From Takakia lepidozioides (Eukaryota; Plantae; Bryophyta): a DNA stretch of 64,000 nt. The number at the start of each line of letters is the position of its first letter. Within the stretch, counting starts at the first letter, position 1. The position numbers were made by a program, and so were the translations under genes. The notes below the pieces were generated by a model. It did no database searches, was not told the DNA's origin, and saw nothing but the letters and a program-made list of their open reading frames with translations. The DNA lies in the NCBI GenBank assembly GCA_030704615.1, contig CM060731.1, forward strand, positions 45,446,001 through 45,510,000. Direction: 5' to 3'. Shown here piece by piece: positions 28,260 to 41,860 of the stretch.

Positions 28260-31200
28260 CCGACTTTCATCATGTGTAGATGGACGTAGGAAGACATTTT
28301 GTACATTGAGGTGGCTTCCTCCACCGTGTATATATATACATAGGCATTGATGTGTATTTGGATGCAATTTTTCATGCTATATTCAAGGGAGTTTGGGTGG
28401 ACGTTATATGTGAATTTGGGTATTTTGAATTATATAGTGTCTCCTTCATGTGGTGAAGCAATGTATGTATTTCCCTCGTGTGTATAATGTGTACTTTGGG
28501 TTTTATCATGTATGATAATGAACAACACCATGTATGGAAATTGATAATGACATGGTTGTTTTTGGCATCTTAGGATGCCAGCCACAACCCCACGACGTTA
28601 ATTCATGAAGTTCATGATCTTGTCATGAATTGGGATTTTGTTCCTTCGGAAGGGGGGTATGTATCAAAGGGACCCGACCATGTCTGAAATGACGGTCTCC
28701 GATGATGAGGACAACAATGACAATGGAATTATGCATGAGGATGTGGCAGCAATGGAGGACCTCTTAATGCATCAGATGGTAGATGAGGACACAGACTCTT
28801 TGAATGACATGGAAAAAGAAGCCAAAACTCCCTTATACGAAGGGGCCAAAGTGAGTAGACTTTCAACCATCTTGTTGTTGCTGAATTTGCAAATCCGATT
28901 TGGCATAAGCAATGTGGGTATGCCTGCCATAATGCGAACTATTGCGGACTACATCATTGCCCCACATTTGAAGCCGAAAATATCACGATCAAGAAAAGAG
29001 GAAAGAGCAGCCTTGGATGCTGTGGGGATGGGCTATAAGATTTTTCATGCATGTCCATGTAATAAAACCCTGTACTACGGAGAGGATGCGAAACTCACCA
29101 AGTGTCCAAAGTGCAACAAAGACCGATATTGGGATGATGTTCAAGGGAAGAAAGCCCCGCGCAAGATATACCCGTGCCACAATACACTTGTATATTGCAT
29201 TCTACCTTTTTGCAACCGCTACAAGACGTAAGGTTTTACTTAGAGATATGAATGACACTGAGTATGATATGGGGCCGACATGGGGATGGTGCCATAAACT
29301 GCATTACTTTCCAATCATCCCACGAGTGCAGGCACACTACTGAAGCCTCTCATTGGCACAACTGATGAGATGGCACGCCTCGCATCGGAGGCCTCGCATC
29401 GGAGCCCTCCGGGAAAGGTGTGCGGGCCACAAGATTCACAAGCATGGAGGCATACTGAAGAGATGTGGCCTTTTCTCTTAGAGGACCCACGACATGTCCG
29501 CCTCGACTTCTCCTCGGATGGGGTCAACCCATACTCTGTCCAATCATGTAGTCATTCCACTTGGCCGGTGACCATGGTGAATTACAACATCCCTCCGTAT
29601 CTTTCAATAAAAAAAAGGCCATATCATGTTGGCTGCCATTGTACTGGGTGAGTGTTCCCATTTCATGCTTATTATTTCTTTGGATTTTACATTAATCTTC
29701 TTCTCTTTGGCGCAATTCCGATGGAAGATTGATGAGTGATGTAATCATGTAGTAAGATGTGTCATTCATTATGAAGTATAATTAGCATGGTGGAGCATTG
29801 AAATAATTAATGGTGTGAATATCTCATAGGGAAAAAACAAGTGAAAGACATGGACACGTACTTGCGACCTCTAGTTGATGAACTGAAGGAGCTATGGAGG
29901 GGGTCTCGGCATTGGTGCTTCACTTGACCCTATGGCCGGACAATCTTTTCAGATGAGAGACATATTGCTTTGGACAATGCATGATTATCTAGGTATATTA
30001 TGTTCCCCATCAGAGACCCGCGTACATTTACCTGTCAAGGGATATTGATGAGGATTGGGATTGATTGAAGTAGCGGCGACAGTCTTCTGCACCGTAGTGG
30101 GGTAGATGCACATCGAAACTTTTTGTCTTTCTTAATGTGGCAGAATGTCTACAGGACTTACTGTTTGCTCGGGGTTGGCCACTAAAGGGTACCACGCATG
30201 CCTGCATTGTGGCGATGAACTTGATGCACAAAGCTCCAGCAATCTTTGCAAGATGGTGTATCCCAACTACCGTAAGTTTCTTCCTATGAGCCATCATTGG
30301 AGAAGAAGAGACAAACACTTGTTTGATGACAAAGTGGAGTTACGTCCCCCACCTGTGACACCATCCGGGCACTTTTGGGAAGACCGATGGAAGGAGGCCC
30401 ATCCGGAGGGGTCCGGTGAAGTGGAGGTGCCCGGCATGAAGCGGCTTTCAATCTTCTATGAGTTTCCATATTGGGCGGTACATATTCCACAAAAACACCA
30501 TCAATCTATGCATGCATGTGATATTGCATGTTTTGTATGATTTCCATTGTCACTTTCACGACAAAATAGACGTGTAAGAATTTGTGGGTGGGGATATGTG
30601 TAGGACCTGAAGATTCGTCATCTTCTAGATCCCATGCATATTGAGAAGAATGTTTGCTCGTCCCTTTTTCGTGTTCTTTATGGCATGCCGGCAAAGAAGG
30701 GAGTGGCTGCGAAAGGAGATTCTCTCGGTGTTAGAAAGGAACTTGAGGAGCAGGGTCGCATGCCCCATCTATGGGCCGAAGAAAAATGGTGTGGACCCAA
30801 AGGGTGTTGTACGGTGGAAGTATAGGCGTCCACCTTGGCAATGGACAAAAAAGGAATACAAGAAAGTGATGGCCACCATAGGAGCTGTCCGAACACCAAC
30901 TGGTTATGGGTCATCCCTCCGTATGAAGTTCAACGAAGACGGGGTCAATGGTTTGAAGTCTCATGACTACCACAATCTATTGCAAGACATCTTGTCCATT
31001 GCAGTATGTGGGACATTGACTTTCGAGGTTTGCGAGACACTCTATAGATTGGGAGCATTGTTCCAGTGGATTTGCTCCAAAGAGCTGGAGGAAACAAACT
31101 TTCCACGCATGAAGAAGGAGGCGGCAGTGGTCATGTGTATGTTGGAGATGCACCTTCATCCCTCCTTCTTTGACATCCAAGTGCACTTGGTAGTGCAGTT

Positions 31201-31823
31201 AGTGCAACGACACAATGGCGTGAGCGTTGCACGTGAGCGCGCGAGCGTACGCTCACGCAGGAGTGACGTGGCGTGAGCCTGCACACACGCTGACGTGGCG
31301 TGAGCGTCATGTCAGCATGCTGATGTGGCGGTAAATGATGACGTGGCACTGTCCGTCGACTGCCACGTCAGCATTAACATGTGCTGCCTATAACCGTGGA
31401 TGGTCCTATGACCGTGGAATTAATGCAGGGAATCTTGCCTAAATAGAATCAAGACGAGCGTTGAGGCCTACAATTGCAGCATCCAACATTGTGCAATTAC
31501 AAATGCTTGTTTCACTTTTACAATTACGAGGACGATAAAATATCCTCACAAAGTGTGCGCCATAAAGGCTGCCACGAGAAGACTTCCTCCCTCCTCAAAT
31601 AACAATGAGAGTTATGATCATCTTCAAAAGATGATTGTAGTGCATAGCGACAGCAAGACATGTAGACTTCGAACGGTGCAATGACAAATGTGCATTACCT
31701 AAAAGTTGTCACTCAGAGCTCACTCCGTATAGTTGGAGGCCATATCATTGCACAGCCGACGAATTGATGTGAATTACACATTTCAAATCATGGTCATCCA
31801 CATACCACATTACATAGTTCATG

Positions 31824-34800
31824 CTACCCATGTGTTGTATCCCGCTGCAAAAGAGTATCGACCTCGTTGAAACTCATAGTGGCCTGGTGAATGAAGTTGT
31901 CACGTTTGGGATCGCAAACCATCCTCCTCAAAAATATGAAATACAAATGTTTGCAGGGTATGAATTTACCTCTCTTGCCCAAACTGGTTGATAGCATATT
32001 CACAAAATCAGGACATGTGCAATTGGGGAAATTGGAAACCGTGATGTCGTAGGTCCTGTCATGAACAGCAGATGTGGAAGTGATGATTGTGAATACCCGA
32101 CCATATCCTGGATCGGGTACTTCCGTGGTGCTTCCAACACGAGCTTGGAGCATTCTTGCGGACTCCACTTTGCCAAAGTGTTCAGCGGTTGGAGGGAAAC
32201 GCCGAACGAGCTTTCCATCTCGTTTGGTTGGCCACAAGTCAGGATTTGCCGGGGGACCCGGGAGGACGCAGAAGTAGTAGCACATGCATGGAGTTGGGGT
32301 TGTTCGCAAGGGAAAAACCTGCCTCCTCCAGCATTTCAATCTCCTGAAAGCTGAGATGTGTTCCCACCTTCACGGGCCAAACGGTTGGAGGAGATGGCTT
32401 CATCACTACGGAAGGACGCACAGTTCCATGCACACATCTGGCACAATCATCTGCGCAGAACCAGAACTTGTGGTTCTTGGCTTCTGGTTGACCGTATGGA
32501 CGCATCAAGCCCGTGAAAGTCGGAGCAGGAGTTCGGGCACCACCTCTGGATATAGATGAAGTGCACTTCTCGAAATTAGTTGCCCTGATCGCTGTACATT
32601 TCACACGAGACCCGACACTTGTGCGTTCTATGTGCCAAACGTGGTCGGGGCATGCGGACTCAAGCACATCAAGGGGGTTGTTTCTCTCCTGCACCATTTC
32701 AGTGGCACGGTTTGATGCTGGAGCTTGCCGTCGTGTTGGAGGTTCCTCCAGAATGGAGGTTCCCGGACATGGAGCTGTCATGCAGGGGAACACGAGGCTT
32801 CGAGAAGTTATCACGGTCTGCCCTGGGGAATCTGAATCCGAACCAGGTGGAGTGTTCAATTTCCTCTTACAGGAGCCGAATCTCTCCTCCCCTTCAAGAT
32901 GTGGAACTCTAGAAACAAGTGGCGTTCCCTGGGCATACATGCTCACCGCCCGTGCTATCTTGATTGGATCCCCAGATCTGTTTGCAGCACGCAACATCAA
33001 CTCCCATTTGTCCGGACCCTTGCCACCAACCCCACCTCGTAAGAAATCACGGTATCGGGTTTGTTGTTGCAAGGCACGTATCAAATCATCTGTGTTTGCC
33101 ACATACAAAATCCCGACCTCGTTTCCCAGACTGCTGCAACCATGCATTGTGCACAGTTTCTGCCAAATTGCAAGATGGCATGTCCGCCATTTCCTCAATG
33201 GACATGTTCTGCAAAGAGGATAACCACACTTCAGAACAGTGCACAGGAAACAACATAAAAGAAGCAATGAGTCAAAAATATGGAAAGCAAATGTATGAAT
33301 AAAGCATGAAATAGAAGCCTCGTACCATTGTCATGGCTGCTCCCCACTGTCTATACCGGAAGTGCCAAAACGCCAGCCAATCTTCCAATGCTCTCATACT
33401 CTCAAGTGATGCAGCTCCAGAAGAGAACCACCAGGCACGAATTGTCTGGAACAAAGTGTCCGCCTCCTTCATTGTTCTAGCATCTTTGTACTCTTTGCAC
33501 AATTTACGGTGCTGAGTCTGCATCTCTGGTTTGATGTCCGACTTTGTATGTTTTTCCAGAGATTGTGTCCAATGGAATAGACATGTACGCTCTCTTCCTG
33601 GCATAGGCACTTTTGGGTCGCCCGATCCGAAGACAATACGAACAGCATTGAAATTTGCTTGAGCACTATCCGCCATGAAACCGCGAATTTTGAGATGGGC
33701 AGCCCAGGCACCCATGACATGTTCAGGGAATTCCACATGAGCTTTCTAGGATTCCGTATCCTCGATTGCATGTCACCAACGGCAATTGTCATAACTCGTT
33801 GGTACACTGGATCGTAGACATGACAACCATTGTCGTCCAATCCTTCACTCATTTCACATGATCAAACATAAGAACACAGTTCTTCTGCAGTCCCCAGTCT
33901 TCTGCATCCTCCGCTTCACTAGGCTAACCCCCCCTGCCCTCAGCCCACAGTCGACATTTTGAAAAGAAAAACTTTGATGGCACCATGACCTGGGAATACA
34001 TTGTCCTGGATGTATCGTACTTGCTCAATCGTTTCAATTCCAAGAATATTGTCTATGTAGCCTCTGATCCCCTAGCCCATTCTCAATCAACTGATCTGAT
34101 GCCGATGTTAGGTGAACTTAAAGTGGAGAATGATCCATGACCAGGTCCAATGCTGCCCCGTCAAGTTTAGTCCCCACAGAATCTCTCTCCTTCACTCAAA
34201 ATATGGCTTTCCAAGAAGACTTGCTTGCGCCAAGAGCAATTGCAGATGTTGTTGCGGATGGGTTTCTCTCCCGAATTCCTGTTTGATCAACCTCGATACT
34301 GTCTCAACACTCTCCCTGTAATCCCCTTCGAGACAGGATGGTTATGGAATCCAAATGCACACAAGCTCTCGTCATTGTATTCAAACGGTGGACAACATAG
34401 TACATTCTTGCTCCGCAGAGCGCCAAACAGATGGCACAAGTTTGCAAAATTTGCAGACGAAAGTGTTTGCCGGTGGAGGGGCAGTCCCAGGCTGAAATGG
34501 ATTTTCCGCCAGACCCTCCCATTCGCTTTGATTATGAACCCCAGACTGAAGAAAGTGTCTGCAATTCAAATTATCACACCTAAGGTGTCCATTGCAAACT
34601 GTCCTCCTGAAACAAGCTTGTCATCATTCTGAATATTGGATGTTTTTGTTCTGCACCACGGGTGCCCGTCGTGTTTCTTGTCCATTCCATGCATCATGAT
34701 TGTTACACCTCCAACTCGCGGAGGAGGAGGCAGCTCGAATAGGATATCGCCATCAAAAGTCTCCGGCAAGAACTTCACAGGCACCTGCTTCAAAGATTCC

Positions 34801-35336
34801 CAATCAATTCCCCGCAACTCACTTTTGAATCCAGCCATTCCTCCCATCGCCCGCAATTTTGGAATGACACTACAAATCTCTTCTTCATCAGCTTCTGCAA
34901 CCACAGTAGGAAGGACTGGATTTGGAATTTCACTTATGTCATCATCGGAAGAATCCGAAAGCTCAACGATTGGAGTGGAGGAAGTCTGTTCTTTTTTCAC
35001 CACCACCTCCCTCTTGTCTTCAACGACCGAAGCAGCAGTCCCGGGCGTCACATATGACCCAAGGGACTTTCGCCGAGGCTCTCCAAGTACTCTGTATCGA
35101 CCAGGACGCACTCTCCACTGGCTGATATGAGCGTCTCATCACGGTTTTGGAAAGATATTTCACCAACTTCCCTTTAAGATCGTACACCTCTTTCTCCAAA
35201 AGATGGAGCCATTCTGCAGCTGAAAACGGGTAGCCAAGACATGTTCCAGAACAATTGCAAATCCATTGTCAAGGACTTCCTGGGAGAACGGCACTGGTTT
35301 GTCGTCAGAGAAGAACTCCGCTTCAGAGGAAGCCAT
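31824..35336 (-). pseudogene. MULE-type DDE transposase with C-terminal SWIM zinc finger; several frameshifts and stops
   Basis: MFDHVK (D1), GFMADSAQANFNAVRIVFG (D2), CLFH (CxxH), SCNLAETVHN (E), SWIM CTCPDF...PCKH; at least one intron near 33240-33325. Confidence 0.85.
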
Positions 35337-36178
35337 CTTCCTTCCTCGCGTACGTTTGTACCTTGCTATCGCAGATCTAGTGTAAATCGGTTACTGCTGT
35401 CTCCAGAACACAGTTGAAGAATGAGCAGAGAATATGGCGGAGGAAGCTCAGACAACGACTGTGCATATTATGTTATTCTTTCCAAATATGCAGCCGTCCA
35501 TTTTAATTGTGGGCCCAGTGGTCAGAGTATCCCTAGGTGCAGTGTCGGCAGCTGTAAAACCGTTAACCAGAACCTCATCAATAAACCCAAAAACAAAGCC
35601 GACTTCCTGGAAGCATGCCACAGGATCTGAGAATGGGATTGCAGATTAAGTAAATGTATCTATATACTACTACCAATGATCATGCGCACCTGAAAAGTTC
35701 CAAATGTGAAACGAATGTGGGGTTTGGCTAACAAGGATGACCGTGTATGATATTCCAAGATTTGTCATCAAACTCTCGTTCATTTACATTTATTTGTGTA
35801 AGACTGCGCATCAATTTCTGGGATTCGCTGTTTTTTTTAAGTATTGAAACCGTTCTAATAAAGAACACGCCGTTTTTTTTGGGCGACACACGTCAGACAT
35901 CCATAACTGAATACGAACAGCTGTACACCAATTGCTGGCATGTGCACTAATAGGGAACGACTATGTGTAACGGTCACGGCGGGAGGGAATCCGATGCTTC
36001 TAGAGACACGGAAGAACGCAGGCAATCCCGCAAGAAATCGAGAGTCACTGCGTTTTTCTACTTTTTGCGCTTAGAGGGACAGTGGTAGTCAAGCTGGAGA
36101 GGGTTCCTTCTAGAATACGAAAGAGAAGAAAGTCTTTATTTTACTTCCCTTAGAGAGAGACGCAGAGCAAGAGAGAAA

Positions 36179-39100
36179 ATGACGAGGCGTCGTTTGTTGG
36201 AGAACACAGGGCCAAGGCAGCAGGTGAACGCGGAGACTGATTCACAAGAGCAGACGGAGACTGAGGCAGCGGCTGTGACACAGTCGGCGACAAGAGTGCG
36301 CCAGCCTGTGGAGGCAGAGATGATTCGCAGGGACACTGAAGAAGGTGGAAGCACGCGGAACGCCGAACCGGGAGAAGGTCAAGAAACCCTTGCGCAGACA
36401 GAAATTCCAGCAGATGTGAGAGGGAAGAGGAAAGCTGCAGAAGGGATCAAATTTCAAAACCTAAGAAGGTGCCAGTAAGTTTTATCTAACTTACATTTCA
36501 TTGTTGAAGATATGCGTAGAGATTGAGTGGAATGTCCCAGACAGGGATTGTCGCTACCGACCATCACAAAGGTCATTTGCTTTCTACTCCTCTGCGAAGG
36601 GTTTACATCACAATGAGTTGGTGACTATCGGTACAGTCATTCACTGGTGTTCAGATCATATAGTCTGTCTGATTGCATTTCAAGGAGTCCTTCATCTTCC
36701 CTTCTTTAGCAGGAACTACTGAACTGCGAGCGTTGTTAACGCCATTCGATTCTCCTCATGAGATTTATATACCTATGTGTTTGAAGAGAGAGTCTGCACT
36801 TACTATTCCCCTAAACTACACTGAATGTCGTTGCCGCCAATCAGTTGCACATGTATGTCATTACACAACACCGATCCGGCAGGTCGTTATCTTTTGTGAT
36901 TGTCGTTAACGCCGTTCGCTATCGCTCTCGCTTTTGTTTTGAATACGGCAGTCTCATGTGTAGATTGTGCTGAATTCTTTCACACCATTCATGGTGAGTT
37001 TCCTTGAGACAGAGTGATGGTCGTTACCGCCACTCACTATTTGCAAATCACTCAGTCAGAACTGAATGGCATCGTGCAGAAAACTGTGAGGTCGAAGCCT
37101 ACAGGATCAGAGGGGAAAGGATCTGGAGATGGGGACGAGTCCGCAAAAAGCTCAGAGAATACAGATGAAGCAGATGAATCCGAAGTGCACTACCTTGACA
37201 AGGTGAAAGAACTCATGTCATTCCAGAAGGTAAACTCTCAGGAGGTTATAAGGGACATGCTCGTATCTGGAGGGCGTCTGGACATACCTCTGTGCCGGAT
37301 GATATCAATGTCTGTTGTGCGTCCACCTCTTTCCCATGACATAACAAAATTGGAGAGTGATTTTGTGCATGGATATAGACTTGGTACACAAGTTTTTTAT
37401 GTATCACTGACGGATATAAATGGGAAAAGCACATTAGTGTCTCCAGAGATCAGTGATAACTGGGATGAGTGCTGGAAAGATGCCAATGAGGAGTTCGAGC
37501 TGGGCCTCATGATGGGAAAGAACACCCAGCAATTCTGCAACCACATGTTCTACGTCTGGGACGGCAACCACCGATTGCTGGCATGGATGGGATATATTCA
37601 GAAACACCATTCGAAAGACAAAGACAAGCATGTTGCTGTGGAGGCAATGGTTTTGGATCTTGGAAACGACATCGCTAGGCTTCTTACAGCTATGCACGAC
37701 GTGAACAAGTAAGTCATCCAGGAGATTTCATTCCCTCTGTATTGTCTTATTAATCCTCAAAAAACAGTGTTAAGGAATGCAATGTTTCCAATGTTTTTAA
37801 AGATCGACAGAGAAATCGCATGTGACAACAAGCTTGGTTCACACACTATTCCGAATTCAGAGGATTGGTCTGATGAAGCTGGATGATTTTCGGACAGTAC
37901 TACCACCCAATATCATCAAGAAGTGCGAAACAGGAAGAGCTGCAGGCACTTGGTATTCTTTGACACGAGAGGCGTTTCTGGAGTACATGTATGCGATAAG
38001 CCCGAGTCTGTACTCTGTTTACTTTTCGAATACATGTTTGTAGTCCCTTCGGAGCTAATCACTACTTGAATGAATGCAGCAAGAACTGGCAGAGGCAGCT
38101 GAGAAGGGAAAATCCGAATATTACCGCACTACACCAGAAGAACTAAGGACATCAAAGGGTGTGGAAGCTGCAATAAAGAAGGAGTTTGAAATGCGAAGAA
38201 CCAAATTGATGTCAGCCTTCAGAAAGCAGCTTAGAATAGTAGATCATGGACTTGGTCCTGAGTTCCTTCAGCAGATCAAAACACACTATGACAAGCATGT
38301 GCATCCGGAGATGCAGCAGGAGAAATTGCACCGGCTGGCCATATCGATGGTCGACCCACAAACAAAAATAAGGTGGCTGGAGATATGGAACTCAGATCAA
38401 ACAGTAAAGGACTTGAATCAGTTCCCAAAGAGCACCATACAGCCTGGCACAAAGGTGGAAGGAATCAGTGATTTGGTGTTTGATAACTGGCTCCACAAGG
38501 CTACATTTTGGAGTCAGGTGTGTATTCGAACATGCTGTTTCTTCTCTTCAAGTATGTGATGAGTATCTTTTTTGCAATTCTAACAAATATACTATTTGTA
38601 GCTCGAAAAGCGCGCCGTCATTGTGCTGGATCAGACTTTGAAGGACCTGAACATTTCGATTGTTTCCCTCCCCAAATGTCATTGGAGGCATACATAAGGA
38701 AGTGGAGAGGTCTCACCTGGAGATACTGTTTTTTCCGGGAGTTCTCCAAAGATGGTAACATTTTACGGTCCAACGACTTTGACAGTCAGGTTGGAGGAGA
38801 GTGGGCCATGATAGTACAGGTGCAATGTCATACTTGAAACTCTACTGTTTTTTTGGGAAAAAATGTGGCTTCATATGGATTGCAATCTTAGATCCAGATT
38901 GAATGTCGTTGACGACATTCACTTCTTTGTCTAAGTCATTCTTAAGCGAGTATATGAATTCACCTGGTTAGGATCTAAGGGTGCAATTATATTGTCCCTG
39001 ATTAGAATTGATAATGTCCTTGAATGGCGTTGACGACATTAACATACGGAGTTGTTGAGAGGTCCTCAGAGTTATTTAAATTTTTGTAATGTCCATAGAG

Positions 39101-41860
39101 GTTACAGTGAGGGTTCCTCACTTCATTTTGCTGAATGTCAATGCAGACATTCAGTTGTTCTGCATTGTTTTTGCCTCTTGCGAGGAATCTGGAGGCTTGA
39201 TAAGCTCTGTTTTGAGAAATCCAAAGTGAATGTCGTTGACGACATTCACAGCTGTGTCTGTATTATTCAACAGCGACAAATTCAATTTACATGGATTGGG
39301 AGCTAAGTAATTGGTTTCTTTTTTGTATTTTTGTGAATGGCGTTGACGCCATTCACATACAGTGATGTTGTGAGGTCCTCAGTGATATGTTCGTTATGAA
39401 TGTGCATTGAGTTTGCCTGGAGGGTTCCTTACTCAATTTTTTGATTTCCATCCTGTGATTTTGCTTCATTTAAGTAATAATTTGGCTTCATTAGTGAATG
39501 TCGTTGACGACATTCACTTCTATGTCTGTGTCATTCCTAAACGATAATTTGCATTCACCTGGATTAGGGTGTATTTACAGTATCATTGAATGGAATGTTC
39601 TGAATGGCGTTGACGACATTCATATCTGGAGCAGTAGTGTGGTCCTGAAAGGTCCTTGGAGCAGTTCTCAGAGCCATTTCAATCTATGTTTTATTCTTTC
39701 TGTTCTACTTGCATCTTACTCACTGAGCGCTTTTGTGGGTTGGGATTTATCTCTTTTTTCCAGGTACACGAAATATGTGCTTATGGAAGGAAATCACCTG
39801 AGCGGAATTCCCGACTATCTTGACATGTGGTCGGACCCTGCAAACGATCCAACCATGTATACTGCAGGGATATTGAAGGACTGGAGTCCTTCTCACTTCA
39901 GAGACTGTGGGTGGTACCTTGACTGCCCACCTGAGCTCACGACCTTTCAAGAATAGCATATGAAATACTTGAACAATAACGCTGAGATGCTGGCGCCTTT
40001 GACTGACGAAGAGTATCAACGAAACATAGCAACATTGGCTGCCAAGGAGCCTGATGCTCAGGGAACGCCGCAGAAGGGAAAGAAGGCGGGCCGCAAACCA
40101 AAAGACAAGGCTGTTGATGTCATAGCCATCTCACCAGCAAAGCCAAAGGACAAAGACAAGTCCAAAGAGAAAGGAAAGGACAAGGGGAAGGAGAATGAAA
40201 AGGAGATGGAGAGTGGGCAGGACTTTACTGCTGGAAGATATACCCGCACTCTTCAGTGCGTGTTCGATGCCAAGCCACACCCTTCCCGTTCTGATTCAGC
40301 AGGAGAGATGAAAATTGTTAATGAGGGTTGGCTTTCGATGATGCAGAGTCGAAAGAGAGGATACACTGGGGTGCCATCCCCTACCTGGGACAATATAATC
40401 TCATTCCTCAATCTGGTGAGAATTCCAGTTTCTTTCCTTTTTCTCTGAAAGTTTCGTTGGCAGTATTTCAGTCTCGTTCTTTGAAAACAATCTTGCCATC
40501 GTTCTTATAAAAAACATGTCTGTTGCAGGTGAGCACAGGTCCCACCTTCGTGTGCGGTGTGCAGAAAACTTATGCGGCCGACATTGTCATTCTCGACATC
40601 CCGGATGGTCAGGCTGTGCCAGAAGTTCTTCCAAAGGGCAAGACGCCAGGCTGGAACAAATTCGAGGACAACTACTGGAGTTGGGTGTTCGGGTTCTGTA
40701 ACAACTTTCTCTCTGATGCAGGGACACTTCTGCTTTTTCAGTCATGTGACAATGATAGTCGTCGGGCATTGGCATCATACCTCAAGTCTTCAGGGTTTGA
40801 AGTTTTGTGCACATGGAATTGTGTGAACAGCCTATACCTTGTGAAATGGGGTTTCCCTGGTCAGCTGGTATGCCGTCTCCCTTCTGCTTGTGCTTTGATC
40901 ATGAGTTTCAATTTTCTCTGCAGCTCCACTCTAGTAGAATGTGTTATGATCGACACCGATCATCACCGATTCATGATTTTTTTGTGTCAGAGTTCTGAAT
41001 AGCCGATGTACACACTTCCACTATAGATTGTGTTTACCACACTAACCTGCTATCTTTGCCAGACGAGGATGTTCGAGGCGATCTGCCTGCGGAGGATTCG
41101 CACATCAAAGACACCATCCTCCATCCGCAGCTTTGAGATTTCTGACCAGGGTTGTTTCGTCAACCCCCCCTATGAGCCCCATGTCGATGACATTTTGTAC
41201 AACTTCATGCAGTCCAGTCAGACGCTGAAGAGACCAGATGGCACTCCCTGGAGAGGTGCAAAGGAAAAGTCACCAGCATTCATGCAAATACTGCTGGAGT
41301 CATGCAGCCACCGCTCTGCACGGGTGGTCGATCTTTCTGTGTCCACAGGTTCGTTTTTTCCCTTCCGAATTGGTTTCCTTTCAACAGTTTCATCTGCTTA
41401 AATCCCCCCCTCCAAACTGTTCATGTTCTCATGTCTGGTGCAAGGAGCAACTTACCACGCATGTAAGGCAGGCGGAAGAAGCCTTTTTGGCATGGAGGGT
41501 GATTCTGACCTCTACAACACAGTGCTCCTCCCCCTTTTGTCTGGCTCCACTTCAGGCACACAGACTGATCGGATTCAAATTCGAAATGATGACGATCCCG
41601 AAGATAAGCAGGTCGACAACGACTTTTCATGTGAGTAAGTGCTAAACCCTCTTTGGGAGTCATACTCAATTTCTCGATAACATCAAAGTTACAGTAATAA
41701 CTTTTTCAGGCTGTCTTTCAGGAAAGGCAGCGGTGGATCTTCAGGAGATACAGTCATTTCTGGCGAGTCTGTTTTCAACAGCCCCCTTTCCAATTTTCTG
41801 CTTCCTGTTTATGCCGAAGCAATGGCACTTCACGCGGCCGAGTCCCTATCCCCTGACTTT
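36179..41860 (+). pseudogene. Multi-exon (~10) cargo gene: ParB/Srx-like domain fused to a beta-class N4C/N6A DNA methyltransferase-like domain
   Basis: FYVWDGNHRLLAW (DGNHR at 37560-37574); ADIVILDIPDG (DIPD at 40595-40606) upstream of KEKSPAFMQILLESCS..VVDLSVSTG|ATYHACKAGGRSLFGMEGD. GT-AG introns, e.g. 37709-37802, 40416-40528, 40868-41062. Premature TAG at 39954; 3' end approximate. Confidence 0.8.
38900..39622. repeat. Intronic array of six 22-26 bp palindromes GTGAATG(T/G)CGT-TG-ACG(A/C)CATTCAC within a degenerate ~300-bp dimeric tandem repeat
   Basis: Copies at 38900, 39021, 39226, 39333, 39494, 39601. Confidence 0.93.

Noticed and set aside
32513-33223. 236-aa plus-strand ORF and similar long antisense ORFs over TE genes
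   Set aside because: Shadow frames of the coding sequence on the opposite strand
38900-39622. CRISPR-like array of palindromic repeats
   Set aside because: Spacers are 85-180 bp and homologous to each other, the context is a eukaryotic intron, and no cas genes are present
41162-41173. NPPY tetrapeptide as the MTase catalytic motif
   Set aside because: It falls in the presumed variable region, not after the strand where DIPD sits; probably coincidental, though an alignment of homologues is needed to be sure
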